Assembly: GCA_963678065.2 (NCBI GenBank)
Contig: CAXXVZ010000003.1
Coordinates: 768,001 to 832,000 of the forward strand
Length of the DNA: 64,000 nucleotides
Origin: Treponemataceae bacterium
GTDB taxonomy: Bacteria; Spirochaetota; Spirochaetia; Treponematales; Rectinemataceae
Direction: 5' to 3'
Part shown: positions 41,551 through 51,716 of the stretch, piece by piece
How the letters are laid out: each line of letters opens with the position of its first letter
How positions within the stretch are numbered: position 1 is the first letter of the stretch
The notes under the pieces: model-generated
Told to the model about the DNA's origin: nothing
Databases searched by the model: none
Seen by the model: only the letters and a program-made list of their open reading frames with translations
Translations under genes and position numbers: made by a program

Positions 41551-42973
41551 TCTGCATCCGAAGCAGGTGGAGGTTCTGTTGTCTCCGGCGACAGAGATTC
41601 TGTTTGGCGGAGCTGCAGGGCCTGGCAAGTCGCATCTTTTGAGAGTGGCAGCGATTATCTGGTGCAATGATATTCCAGGCTTGCAGGTTTATTTATTCCG
41701 GAGAACGTATGGGGAGCTGTGGGATAACCACATGACGGGACCGCACTCGTTTCCGGCGATGCTGGCGGGGTGGGTGGATTCGGGGAAGTGCAAGATCGTC
41801 GATACGGATATCAGGTTTCTGCACAATGGTGCGTGTATCCACCTCAGGCATTGCCAGTATGAGAAGAACAAGTACGATTACCACGGGGCGGAGATGCATG
41901 TGCTCATGGTAGATGAGCTGACGACGTTTCCGAAGTCGATCTACATCTACCTCAGGGGTCGGGTACGGATGATCGGGATTGTGGTGCCGAGACGGTGGGC
42001 GGGAGTTTTCCCGCGGATTGTTGTGGGTTCGAATCCGGGAAATGTCGGACACAACTGGGTGAAGGCAGACTTTGTCAATCTAGGGCCTGGGGTCCACAAG
42101 ATGGGCGATGATGAGGGCGGGATGCAGCGGCAATTCATTCCTGCGAGGATGGCAGATAATCCGGATCTGTTGCGGGACGATCCGGGGTACCGGATGCGGC
42201 TGAAGGGGCTCGGGAGTCCGGAGCTGGTACGGGCTCTGGAGGAGGGAGACTGGGACATTGTGGCGGGCGGGGCGGTGGATGATGTGTGGGACCGCTCGAA
42301 GCATGTGGTGAGGCCGTTCAGGATTCCGGCGACGTGGCGGGTAGATCGGTCGTTTGACTGGGGGAGCTCTCGTCCGTTCAGCGTGGGGTGGTGGGTGGAG
42401 TCGGATGGGACTGAGGCGACGCTCGCGGATGGGAGGCGGCGGAGCTGGCCCCGGGGGACGCTTTTCAGAGTTTCGGAGTGGTATGGGTGGAATGGCAAGC
42501 CGAATGAGGGATGCAAGCTGGAAGATACTGAGATCGGGAGGGGGATCGCGGCACGGGAGAAGGTGCTGGTTCAGAGGCTGGGTATCCGCACTGTGGAGGC
42601 GGGGCCGGCGGATTCGTCGATTTTTGACGCGGATCCGGGGAAGGCGTCGATCGCGAAGGGGATCGATCAGGGGTATGGGCGCAGCGGGTGTTTTGTGCGT
42701 GCGGACAAGAGTCCGGGGTCGAGGACAAAGCGGCTGGCGGTGCTCCGGAGGCTCTTGAAGGCGGGGTTGGCGGAGCGGATGGAGGAGCCGGGGATTTTCT
42801 TTTTCGATACGTGTACAGAGGGAGCGATCAGGACGGTGCCTACGCTGCCGAGGGACCAGTTGAAGCCGGACGATGTGGATACGAATGCGGAAGATCATGC
42901 GTTTGACGATATCGGATACCGGATAATAGCGGCGCGGAGTGTGACGTGTTCGGTGCGGCTGGAGGCGGCATAG
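41540..42973 (+). CDS. Terminase large subunit
   Basis: GGAAGPGKS Walker A, VDELT Walker B, SNPG, FDWG nuclease Asp, EDHAFD. Confidence 0.93.
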   Translation: MELSLHPKQVEVLLSPATEILFGGAAGPGKSHLLRVAAIIWCNDIPGLQVYLFRRTYGELWDNHMTGPHSFPAMLAGWVDSGKCKIVDTDIRFLHNGACIHLRHCQYEKNKYDYHGAEMHVLMVDELTTFPKSIYIYLRGRVRMIGIVVPRRWAGVFPRIVVGSNPGNVGHNWVKADFVNLGPGVHKMGDDEGGMQRQFIPARMADNPDLLRDDPGYRMRLKGLGSPELVRALEEGDWDIVAGGAVDDVWDRSKHVVRPFRIPATWRVDRSFDWGSSRPFSVGWWVESDGTEATLADGRRRSWPRGTLFRVSEWYGWNGKPNEGCKLEDTEIGRGIAAREKVLVQRLGIRTVEAGPADSSIFDADPGKASIAKGIDQGYGRSGCFVRADKSPGSRTKRLAVLRRLLKAGLAERMEEPGIFFFDTCTEGAIRTVPTLPRDQLKPDDVDTNAEDHAFDDIGYRIIAARSVTCSVRLEAA

Positions 42974-43051
42974 AGTGTTGTGGGTTGGGGAAGGAGTGGG
43001 CAGATTGGGTGCATGCAGGGGATAGGAGTTGAGGGTACTAAAGGAGGTGGG

Positions 43052-44476
43052 GTGAGGGGGATTTCTCAGACGCATAGGCGGTATGACGAGTTTTTGTCGA
43101 GGTGGAAGCGGTGTCGAGATGCGTTTGCGGGTTCGGATGCGGTGAAGGAGGCTGGGGAGGTCTACTTGCCGCGGCTTCCGGGGCAGGATCAGGCGGCGTA
43201 TGACGCCTATAGAATGCGGACCGTGTTTTATGGCGCAGCGGGGCATACGCTGACGCTATACATGGGGTTGGCGTTTTCAAAGGCGCCGGTTATTTCGGGG
43301 CTCGTCGCGAATGATCCGCTTCTGGTGGATGCGAATATGGCGGGAAAGCCGTTTTTGGAGATTCTTGAGGATGCGCTCGAGAATGTGATCGGGATGGGCC
43401 GGTACGGGATTCTCGTGGATTATGCGGGGGAGATTCGGGCAGGGATGACGAAGGGGGATGCGGTGCGGGAACGGACGCGGCCGTATCTCGCAGCGTATGG
43501 GGCTCTGGATATAACCTTCTGGCACGAGGGGCGGCGCTCCGGGTATACGGTGCCGGATCATGTGGTGCTGCACGAGTTTTTCGAGTCGGAGGAGGCGTGT
43601 GAGGAGGAACAGTTCAGGGAGCTGATCCTCAGCGCTGAAGGGTATGTCGTGAGACTCTGGCGGAAGGTGAAGAACGAGGATGAGAAGGAAGAGTGGACGG
43701 TAGTGTCGACGGTGAGGCCGCTTCTGGATGACGCGCCGCTAGACCGGATTCCGTTTTTCTTTCTGGATCCGGAGTATGGCTCGTCGGAACCGGCCTGCCC
43801 TCCCCTGTTGGGTTTGGTGGATGTGAATATGTCGCATTACCGGACGATGGCGGATCTGGAGCACGGGAGGTTCTTTTGTGGTTTGCCGACGCCGATCTTT
43901 GCGGGGTTTTCGTTCCAGGAGGGAGAGACAGTGAAGCTTGGCTCGATGCGGGGGATCGCGTCGAGCGCTCCGGACGCAAAGGCGTATTACCTTGAGTTTA
44001 CAGGGGCGGGATTGTCGGCGCTTGAGTCGGCGGCACGTCAGAAGGAGCAGTGGATGTCGCAACTCGGCGGGTCGATGCTGGACTCGGAGAAGACGGGGAT
44101 CGAGGCGGCGGAGACGATACGGATGAAGAGGACGGGGTCGAATGCGACGCTCGCGAGTATGGCGCAGGCGGTGTCGGCGGTGATGACGAAGGTGTTGAAG
44201 TTGATGGTGCGGTGGGCTGGGGGAAATTCTGAGGGGGTGAGCGTGATGCTCTTGACGGAGTATATGCCAGCAGCGATTACGCCTGATGAGTTGTCGGTGT
44301 TGCTTCAGGCGGTGCAATCGGGGGATTTTAGGCGGGTGGATTGGCTTGCTCGGTGCAAGGTGGCGGGGATTCTCGCGCAGGATATGGATGCGGGGGAGAT
44401 TGAGAGGGAGCTTGGGAAAACCCAGAGCTATAGAATTCCCAAGAGGGAGACGGAAGGGGAACGAAAGGTTGCATAG
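43052..44476 (+). CDS. Portal protein (DUF4055-like)
   Basis: WKRCRDAFAG...VKEAGEVYLP...YDAYRMR, PPLLGL..VN..HYR..AD; follows terL; aaggaggt RBS before GTG. Confidence 0.85.
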   Translation: MRGISQTHRRYDEFLSRWKRCRDAFAGSDAVKEAGEVYLPRLPGQDQAAYDAYRMRTVFYGAAGHTLTLYMGLAFSKAPVISGLVANDPLLVDANMAGKPFLEILEDALENVIGMGRYGILVDYAGEIRAGMTKGDAVRERTRPYLAAYGALDITFWHEGRRSGYTVPDHVVLHEFFESEEACEEEQFRELILSAEGYVVRLWRKVKNEDEKEEWTVVSTVRPLLDDAPLDRIPFFFLDPEYGSSEPACPPLLGLVDVNMSHYRTMADLEHGRFFCGLPTPIFAGFSFQEGETVKLGSMRGIASSAPDAKAYYLEFTGAGLSALESAARQKEQWMSQLGGSMLDSEKTGIEAAETIRMKRTGSNATLASMAQAVSAVMTKVLKLMVRWAGGNSEGVSVMLLTEYMPAAITPDELSVLLQAVQSGDFRRVDWLARCKVAGILAQDMDAGEIERELGKTQSYRIPKRETEGERKVA

Positions 44477-44524
44477 GCGGTGAGAGTCCGGGACTAGAAG
44501 GTTTTCCATAGTGAACGGAGGATT

Positions 44525-44965
44525 ATGGGAAGGAAGAAGAAGGAAAATACTGTCTATGTCATGAGGAGGGAGGGATGGAAGGCGCATTTTGAGGTGCATG
44601 TTTCGCCATCAGCACGGACCATGCGGGAGCATGTAGCGGAGATTTATGAACGGTATGGTTTGATTCTTCCTTCCGAGCTGGATAGTACGCTTGGGCTCGT
44701 GTGTCCGATCATGCGGCTGGATAGTATATCAGGGGCCTCGGACGGGCTCTTTGCAGTGATGTTCGTGAATATGGAGAATTGCGGAACCGAAATCCTGTGT
44801 CATGAATGTCTGCATGTGGCTCTGGCTCATGAGCGGCATGTGTTGATGTTCGGGATGGACTATGGTCCCGAATGCGGGGAACACGAGGAACGACTAGCCT
44901 ATTTTCTTGGAGCGGCTATGGCGGGTGTTGTGGCAACATTGCGGGAGAATGGGCACATCGCATAA
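44525..44965 (+). CDS. Hypothetical protein with HExxH motif
   Basis: ILCHECLH and downstream EERLAY; ggagga RBS. Confidence 0.6.
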   Translation: MGRKKKENTVYVMRREGWKAHFEVHVSPSARTMREHVAEIYERYGLILPSELDSTLGLVCPIMRLDSISGASDGLFAVMFVNMENCGTEILCHECLHVALAHERHVLMFGMDYGPECGEHEERLAYFLGAAMAGVVATLRENGHIA

Positions 44966-45263
44966 CAGGCGGCTTTCGATCGATGGGGAAGCAGAATTCT
45001 CTGGATGCGATGGCAGCAGGATGATGAATTACGGAGGAAGAGCGAATGGGGACCCGGACGAGAGATCTCCGATCCTAGAGGAGGTCTCGAGGACGGGTGT
45101 CGGCAGGAGATGGCCGGAAGGTGCGATTCCGGGGCCGGGAGGCGAAGCCTTCCGGATGCAACAGGTGGATGTGGAAACGTTTTTTTTTGAGGAATGCGGG
45201 GAGACCGGAGCGGGTGGAGTCCGTTGACCGGAGACTCGTACGGAGGCCGCGACGGGATCCCCG

Positions 45264-45584
45264 GCCTCCTGTCACCACGTCCGTCGACCAGAGGTCCGGG
45301 CGTGGTGACAGGAGGCTATATAGCTGTGAGCCGAAGCGAATGCGAGCGAGGGTATTGTAAACATTTTTACGTGAGGCAGTGACGCCGTTCGGAGGACGCC
45401 CGTCGGCCGGAGGTCCGGGCGGACGGAGGACGACGGCACTGGCCCTTCTGGAGACGTCCGTCGGCCGGAGGCCCGGACGCCGACAGGAGGGCTTATGAGG
45501 ATTTTCAGGGTTGGAGGTTATGCGAACCGTCCAGAAACGGGGCTCATGTCACAAAAGGCCGCAGGCCGTGGCATGAGCCCCGTT
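45264..45584. repeat. Cluster of REP-like hairpins and a three-copy 25-bp motif
   Basis: cgyccgtcgrccrgaggyccggrcg at 45278, 45397, 45455; 16-bp stem 45264-45316; aaacggggctcatg/catgagccccgttt stem. Confidence 0.75.
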
Positions 45585-45687
45585 TGGGGTCGGTGAGCCC
45601 CAGGCGAGACTGATATGTGAGCCTGGGTTGATTTGTCAGTTGGTCCATGTGCAGCTGGTGAATTATTAGGTGCAGAAAAACGAGTCG

Positions 45688-45909
45688 TGGCACCCCTTCG
45701 TCCGATTTAAAGTGGCGGCATTTCCGCTAATGGTGTTGTATACGCCGGACCGGGCGGATCTTCCCCTACTGATTTTCAAACCATGATCCGCCCGGTCTGG
45801 GGCGAAGCCCGAGCGGAGCTCCCCATAGGAGCGGAGCGAGCGTGTACAACCCTTAGCGGATGTGCCGGGGTTTTACAACATTACTTTAGCTTCGGACGAA
45901 GGGGTGCCA
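45688..45909. repeat. Nested ~220-bp imperfect palindrome containing a degenerate attC-like unit
   Basis: 18-bp perfect IR tggcaccccttcgtccga/tcggacgaaggggtgcca; inner tccgctaa...ttagcgga and gaccgggcggatc/gatccgcccggtc. Confidence 0.75.
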
Positions 45910-46142
45910 TTGGTCGGGGGCCCATGAATTGTAGGACCAAGAATGTAAAACGTCCGGGAGCGTTCCAGGAGAACTCGGGAGCGACGTCCATGCGTCGAGT
46001 GCTGGCACTCGGGTGCTTTGTACAAGGAGCGTACCTGTACTGCGTGTGCGCATGAACGGGCACGATGGCTGCGCTGTATTGTTTATCGTAAACTGAAAGT
46101 CCCCTTTCCGGCAATTTACCATCGGCGCCGACAGTTGCCTGC

Positions 46143-46647
46143 ATGAGGATGTACTGGAAGTTTAACAGCAGCCCTACAATCCTGATTTTCCGGTTATCTG
46201 TATGGACGAGAAGCCCTACCAACTTCTTGGCGAGACGTGAGAGTCGATTCCCATGAAGAGGGGAACCAGCGCCCGACAGGACGGCGAATATATTCGGAAT
46301 GGAACCTGCTGCATCTTTTTGTTCACGGAAGCTTTGACTGGCTGGCGACATACCGATCCATGGGAATATAGAACCAAAGTCGAGTGGGCGAATCAGATCC
46401 GGTATCTGCTTGAAGTTGAATACCATGGAAGCTGGCTGAATAGTGCAGAAATCGAATTGAGTGCCATGAGCAAGCAGTACCTAGATCGAAGGATCGATAC
46501 AATAGATTCTTTGACAACGGGACTTCAGGCTTGGAAAACTAATCGAAATACTATACAGAAGGGTGCCGACTGGCAGTTCACCACACAAGATGCCCGGATC
46601 AAACTCAAGAGACTTTACCCACAGATTAAGATGTGATAAAATACTAG
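46143..46647 (+). pseudogene. IS630-family transposase remnant
   Basis: EDVLEV*QQPY...VICMDEKPYQL, HGSWLNSAEIE, WQFTTQDARIKLKRLYP; internal stop, frameshift and deletion; ends in ctag. Confidence 0.85.
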
Positions 46648-46746
46648 CCGCAACAGAATCATTTCATAGTCCGACCACAAATATTAGAAAGTAATGATCT
46701 TTTTGTTTCGGAGCATGAACATTTCATTATGAAAAAACGCAATTTC

Positions 46747-47859
46747 TTATTGATAAAACACTTGATCCATATTGCTCTTTATAATGCCCAACTTGTCCCA
46801 GACGCCCCAATGTGATCCTTGAGGTCCTTCATAGGAGGCTTTCCAACTTTCGTCAAAAGCCTCGAAATAGTAATAATCCACGTTGTTTTTACGAGCCCAT
46901 GAAATGAAATCACTAAAATATTTGACTGCGTTAGCAAGTGAAGGAATAGCATTCCCAATTGAGTTGCCATCGCTTGGCCAACCAGTCTCCGAAGCGATCA
47001 CAGCCTTCCCTCCTGCAGCAGCAACAATTTGTTTGTGAACGGTATCTATTCTCGATAGGGCTTTTCCAATATTTATGCCTTCCCAGTAGGGATAATAGTT
47101 TACCATGACTACATCAACAGCATTGATTACTGCAGGATGCGACAATAGAACCGAGTAGGTGTCAGCATAGGTCACCGGAATTCCAGGCGCAAGATATTTG
47201 ACACGATTAATGTAATCGATCAGCTGGGTTTCAGTGAGCTCACCACGAAGAAGAACTTCACTCCCTACAATGAGCATATCGGCATCCCCCGCCTTTGCGA
47301 GGGCAATTAGATTTGAAAGTTCCAACTCATTAACATCGCTATCACTGCTGATCCATGCGCCGATAGCGGTCTTAAGTCCTAACTCATGCGCCATCGAACC
47401 GGTTTTTTCGAGACCATTTGTACAGCCAAATGTCCGTATGTTTGTGGTGTAGGGGGCGATTATTTTTAGTCGAGACTGGATCTGCTTTATGCTCAGTGAC
47501 GAACCCTTGTTAGGATCCTGACCATCAACGTAGGGGCTGAAATCAAATCCATATGCCTTGTAAGTGACTGGTGTAGGTGCCAAGGTCGTAGTTGTTGTTG
47601 CTGTCATGGTTGTTGTCGTGGTGACAGAGGGTAAAGTAGTTGTCGTCGTCGTGGTGACAGAAGGTAAGGTGGTTGTTGTTGTCGTGGTGACAGAAGGTAA
47701 GGTAGTTGTTGTCGTTGTGGTGACAGAAGGTAAGGTAGTTGTTGTCGTTGTGGTGACAGAAGGTAAGGTAGTTGTTGTCGTCGAGTCGGTGATATTTTTA
47801 CATGCAACGGATGAAAAAGCTGTTAGCACTACTAGAAACCATATATGGTTAATTTTCAA
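46747..47859 (-). CDS. Lipoprotein with Thr-rich stalk and GH17-like beta-1,3-glucanase domain
   Basis: SSVAC lipobox, FSPY, VGSEVLLR, NYYPYWEG, SETGWPS, YFEAFDE.WK. Confidence 0.85.
   Translation of the reverse strand: MKINHIWFLVVLTAFSSVACKNITDSTTTTTLPSVTTTTTTTLPSVTTTTTTTLPSVTTTTTTTLPSVTTTTTTTLPSVTTTTTMTATTTTTLAPTPVTYKAYGFDFSPYVDGQDPNKGSSLSIKQIQSRLKIIAPYTTNIRTFGCTNGLEKTGSMAHELGLKTAIGAWISSDSDVNELELSNLIALAKAGDADMLIVGSEVLLRGELTETQLIDYINRVKYLAPGIPVTYADTYSVLLSHPAVINAVDVVMVNYYPYWEGINIGKALSRIDTVHKQIVAAAGGKAVIASETGWPSDGNSIGNAIPSLANAVKYFSDFISWARKNNVDYYYFEAFDESWKASYEGPQGSHWGVWDKLGIIKSNMDQVFYQ
47609..47782 (-). repeat. 33-bp coding tandem repeat, about 5 copies (TTTTTTTLPSV)
   Basis: ggtgacagaaggtaaggtagttgttgtcgttgt units with synonymous variation. 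Confidence 0.93.
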
Positions 47860-48118
47860 TTTCCTCTTCCTACGGGCTATGTTTGTCCAATACGCAAATT
47901 CCTATCGCTCTTCTATATCTATTGTCATTTGAACTCACACAAGGGAGCATACTCAATTCTCCAGATGACCCAGTCGCTGAAACACATTATGACTCTTTCA
48001 GCTTCGCCAAGTACTTTTATTTTCGTGGATGATACAAACTTCGAGACTACCTTGGTTTCACAGCTCGCCAACAGGACAGAAACACTTCCCGAGGAATCGA
48101 AAGCTTCTGGCTGCGAGG

Positions 48119-50104
48119 TTACTTCTTATGCATTTTCTCCAACATGGCATCCACCTGCTTTAATATTGCCTGAGCTCCAGTACTCCGCGGATCATTGGCC
48201 GGCATAAGTTTAAGGGAAAGCATTATTTCTTCCTTACTATGTTCCAAATACTTGTCTTCGATGCATGTCATCAACGCTTGCATAAGCTTAGGACCCTTTT
48301 CGAGCTTAGCGGCGGCATGTGTTGCCAGATAGTAAGCCGATCCAAGGTTAAGATGAGCCTGGGGATCGTTTGCATTTGCATCTACGCTCTTCTTCAGTTC
48401 TGGCAACAATCCCTGAAAAGTAGTCCATGCCTGCTCATACTTACCCTCGTTAATTAATATAAGGCCATCTCGTATCTTCTTTGAGTCTGGATCCTGCGCG
48501 GGGGGCACCTTCACACCTTCGGGTACATCTTTTAAGAGGGTGGCTAAACGGGTCTTCTCCGTAGCGAGGTCAGAGATCTCTTTGGAGTATTTGTTTTCCA
48601 CATCGATAGAATGTGCTTTATCTAGCACAGACTGTATAGTTTTCAAAACATACTCAAGATCGGATTTTTGCATGGCGAAGGCGTATCTGACTTCAGGGGT
48701 TGTCAAAGCCGCGACATTCATGGAAGCAAGATTAAGTAGATTACTAGCAATAGCGAGCAACGGATATGGAAGCCATTTTACGGTGCCTTTCACCTCACCT
48801 GTGACAATCTCTCCCTGTGAGGCTGACGGATCGATGCTCAGGACAAGCAGCCATCGGAGTGTTATGCCTGTTCTCCAGTTCTGAACTTGCTCTTTCTCCT
48901 TGGTCGAGAGGACCTTGCCATCATTGATGCCTTTTTCAATATCTATTTTTTGCATCGTTGCCTCAGAGAGGGCGTTTGGCAATGGTACATCAATTGCCAA
49001 AGATCCAAGATCAGGAGCACCGATCACCGCATTCAGCGACTCTACAAGACGTTTGCCCCACAAGCCGGCACGCTCCATAAAATACACCATTTCCTGGACA
49101 CATAGTTCTTTGGACAGCTTCGGATAGGCTTCGCCATACAGGGATGCCATCTGAAGCGATGAAGAACACGATGCGTATGCGATGCTCGCCGCTAGTAAGG
49201 CAGCACGTAGACTGTCCTGCCCCGTCAAGGCATTCTTAACGGTAAGCTTCGTATAGGCGTCTTCGTATCGCTCATTCAGGATTGCGTCGAGGCCAAGCGC
49301 ATATGTCTCCTTCTCCGGCCTTAATTGCGCTGCAGGGACCTGTTGGCGCGTTTCCGTGACGACGACATCCACGAAATCCTGGAGACAGAGGTAGGATATA
49401 GCTGCAATTGATGTGTCAGACTTTGGAAGGCTCAATACATGGAGATCCTTATGAATGTCTGGCCTCTTCCTTGGGAGTAGAAACCTCGCATAGATAGCCG
49501 CGAGTTGTGGATTCTCCTTTTCGTGAATGACCGTTATCTCAACTCGCGCTTCTTTCATCATCTCTTTCGTCCTATAAGCCACATTGTCCTTGAGAAAGAG
49601 AATGGCGCGCGGGTATATACCATCTCTCGTAGGTAGAAGTTCGACGGTCTTGACAAATTGTGCATAGAATGGTTGCACCTTGGCTATGGTCGGCGTGCAC
49701 TCCAAGTATCGGAACATCGCTAGAGCCATGCCTTTATCGTCTTCCTTCCAGCCATCGAGAGTGAATCTCCCAAGGGTAAACTTAGGGTGTTCTTTAACGA
49801 AGGTCTCAAGTTCTTTGTAGGAAGAGACGAATTGGGCAGCCAAACGTAAACCGCAGAGCGAGGCAAAACGGAGGTCCAGGTTGCTGGGTTCAGCGTCAGA
49901 TGCCTGCATAAGCAAACGACATGCTTTTATCTCCCCTTCCGAACCTGAGCTACGAATCTTGAGGTTTTCGCTAATTTCCAGGTTTTGATCAATAATGGCC
50001 AGTGCCCCTCTGACAATGGTTTCGGTTGGCGTTCCTGACTGTGCGTGGCCGAAGATTAGGAAAGGAACAAGGTAACAGATGCAGAATAGTAAAAATGCCT
50101 TCAT
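48119..50104 (-). CDS. Secreted helical/TPR-like protein, cassette-borne
   Basis: Signal peptide MKAFLLFC..., TPR-like DPQAHLNLGSAYY; starts after GTTCGGC and an aggag RBS. Confidence 0.7.
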   Translation of the reverse strand: MKAFLLFCICYLVPFLIFGHAQSGTPTETIVRGALAIIDQNLEISENLKIRSSGSEGEIKACRLLMQASDAEPSNLDLRFASLCGLRLAAQFVSSYKELETFVKEHPKFTLGRFTLDGWKEDDKGMALAMFRYLECTPTIAKVQPFYAQFVKTVELLPTRDGIYPRAILFLKDNVAYRTKEMMKEARVEITVIHEKENPQLAAIYARFLLPRKRPDIHKDLHVLSLPKSDTSIAAISYLCLQDFVDVVVTETRQQVPAAQLRPEKETYALGLDAILNERYEDAYTKLTVKNALTGQDSLRAALLAASIAYASCSSSLQMASLYGEAYPKLSKELCVQEMVYFMERAGLWGKRLVESLNAVIGAPDLGSLAIDVPLPNALSEATMQKIDIEKGINDGKVLSTKEKEQVQNWRTGITLRWLLVLSIDPSASQGEIVTGEVKGTVKWLPYPLLAIASNLLNLASMNVAALTTPEVRYAFAMQKSDLEYVLKTIQSVLDKAHSIDVENKYSKEISDLATEKTRLATLLKDVPEGVKVPPAQDPDSKKIRDGLILINEGKYEQAWTTFQGLLPELKKSVDANANDPQAHLNLGSAYYLATHAAAKLEKGPKLMQALMTCIEDKYLEHSKEEIMLSLKLMPANDPRSTGAQAILKQVDAMLEKMHKK

Positions 50105-50124
50105 GGTTTCTCTCCTTTCCTGTT

Positions 50125-50194
50125 GCCGAACGTCACAAATCAGCGGACCTGAGCCTGTTGCGGGCTCGAGGTCCGCTGATTTGTGACGTTCGGC
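50125..50194 (-). other. attC-like recombination site (70 bp)
   Basis: GCCGAAC...GTTCGGC ends, 26-bp stem, overlaps the upstream TAG, followed by RBS and ATG. Confidence 0.75.
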
Positions 50195-51192
50195 TATTGA
50201 TTCTCGTTCTTCCACGATTCGTATCTCTCGAAGGTATCAGGATCGATCGTACCGTTGAGATTTCGATCACCGAGCGTGAATGCGGCCTTGATCGTCTTGC
50301 CAATCAGAACCTTCCCTTGCTTGTCGATTCTGACTTGGCTCTTTTTCGCGAAGACAACGTCCTGTCCAGCGGCTTGCACAAAGATGGCAGAGTCCTGCGC
50401 AAGTCGTCCCTTCCATATCTGATTCTTAATCTGATTTTTAGTCTGGAACTCGATCACATCTTGGGCGTCCTTGGTTTTCGCCTTGGTAAGTTCATTGACA
50501 ATGTCGTCAATGATTTTCACAGTTTCGTCCGAAGGTTTGTTAATGGGTAATTTGGAAAAACGTTTGTATCGCCCAAAGCTCTGGCAGCCCCAGATAATTT
50601 GCCAACCGCCAAGAATGGCAAAGAAGCTGTGGCCACCATCAGATACAGAGTTCGTAATCGTTATGATGATGTTCCACAACCCTACAATGATGAGAGCAAC
50701 TCCATAGACAATCATCCCGAACGGTGTTGGGGAAGTGACTATCCAGACACCTTCGACGAGTAGGAATATCCCGATTAACCCGAGAATCACGTTGATTGGG
50801 TTATCTCCCATTCCTCTGAAACCCATTGCAATCGCAATGAGACCGAAAACTATGCTCCCGATCCCCGACGGTCTGAGGATCTTCCTTATTAGCCTGTAGT
50901 TTGAAACTCTTTGCAGATCGTCTAATCGCGTGTCTGTGTGCTCCGAGCCCAGTTTTTGGCTTAGTGACTCTATGATGTGCTCTGCTGCAATCCGTGCGTC
51001 CTCAAGCTGCCTATCGTGGGTTCTCAGTTTCTCCTCTATGCAGTCTCCTTTGCCTCTTTGTAGCAAGAGGGATCGTGCATAGTCGATTGCTTCAGTCGTG
51101 TAGTCTTCCGGTTTGTCGAGCATGCACAAGAGTTTCTCGTCATTGCACCTCTCCAATCGCTCTCTGATGTCTGCCTGTAGTGTCATGTTCAT
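50194..51192 (-). CDS. Membrane protein (about 4 TM helices), gene cassette
   Basis: Hydrophobic core; flanked by GTTCGGC (51210-51204) and its exact complement GCCGAAC (50194-50188). Confidence 0.75.
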   Translation of the reverse strand: MNMTLQADIRERLERCNDEKLLCMLDKPEDYTTEAIDYARSLLLQRGKGDCIEEKLRTHDRQLEDARIAAEHIIESLSQKLGSEHTDTRLDDLQRVSNYRLIRKILRPSGIGSIVFGLIAIAMGFRGMGDNPINVILGLIGIFLLVEGVWIVTSPTPFGMIVYGVALIIVGLWNIIITITNSVSDGGHSFFAILGGWQIIWGCQSFGRYKRFSKLPINKPSDETVKIIDDIVNELTKAKTKDAQDVIEFQTKNQIKNQIWKGRLAQDSAIFVQAAGQDVVFAKKSQVRIDKQGKVLIGKTIKAAFTLGDRNLNGTIDPDTFERYESWKNENQ

Positions 51193-51203
51193 CCCCCTCG
51201 ATT

Positions 51204-51222
51204 GCCGAACATACGTTTATCC
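51204..51222 (-). other. Right half of an attC site
   Basis: ggataaacgtat-GTTCGGC just before RBS gaggggg and ATG 51192; left half replaced by IS110 remnant. Confidence 0.55.
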
Positions 51223-51242
51223 TTCTTCTATGAGAACATCCG

Positions 51243-51716
51243 TTAAGCGGCAGTTTGAAGGATTTTTTCGAGTTCTCGCACCTTTCGGCGGTAGATGCGG
51301 GCGTCGAAATAGCGATAGACCTCCTGGTTTTTCAGCATGAAGTACATCGCGACGAAGGTCTTGCGGACGATGGCGGCCTGTACTTTGTTCCTCCGCTTCG
51401 ACGAATGTCGGGCGCGAAAACGCTCAAAACCCTCGTTCCCACGAACGACGTGCTCGAGCCCCTGCAGGATGAATCGATACGAGGTCCTGCGTCCTCGGCG
51501 GTTCAGCCCTCCTTCACGCAGCCTCTTTCCTGACGCATCGACCTTCTCCACGCTCGAGAGATAGGACGTCATGTTCTTCACGGAGGAAGGAAAGCGCTCG
51601 ATCCTCACGATATCCGACATGAATACGACGGCCCCAAGGATGCTTATGCCCGAGATACTGATCAAAAGTTCCGTTTCCCGCTGAAATCGGCGCACCCCTA
51701 TGTCTGACCTGTACTG
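51243..51716 (-). pseudogene. IS110-family transposase C-terminal remnant
   Basis: LLISISGISILGA...DI..IERF...SY......DASG...G...RRG...AIVRK pattern; RuvC (DEDD) domain missing. Confidence 0.75.

Noticed and set aside
44907..45382. Short ORFs after the HExxH gene
   Set aside because: They overlap hairpin repeats and have no motifs or convincing RBS.
46648..47900. GH17 gene as a true cassette
   Set aside because: No recognisable attC on either side, only a weak ATTGGAC upstream.
48064..48124. attC downstream of the large TPR-like gene
   Set aside because: AAC/GTT triplets exist but there is no convincing stem, and the heptamer does not complement the cassette's GTTCGGC.
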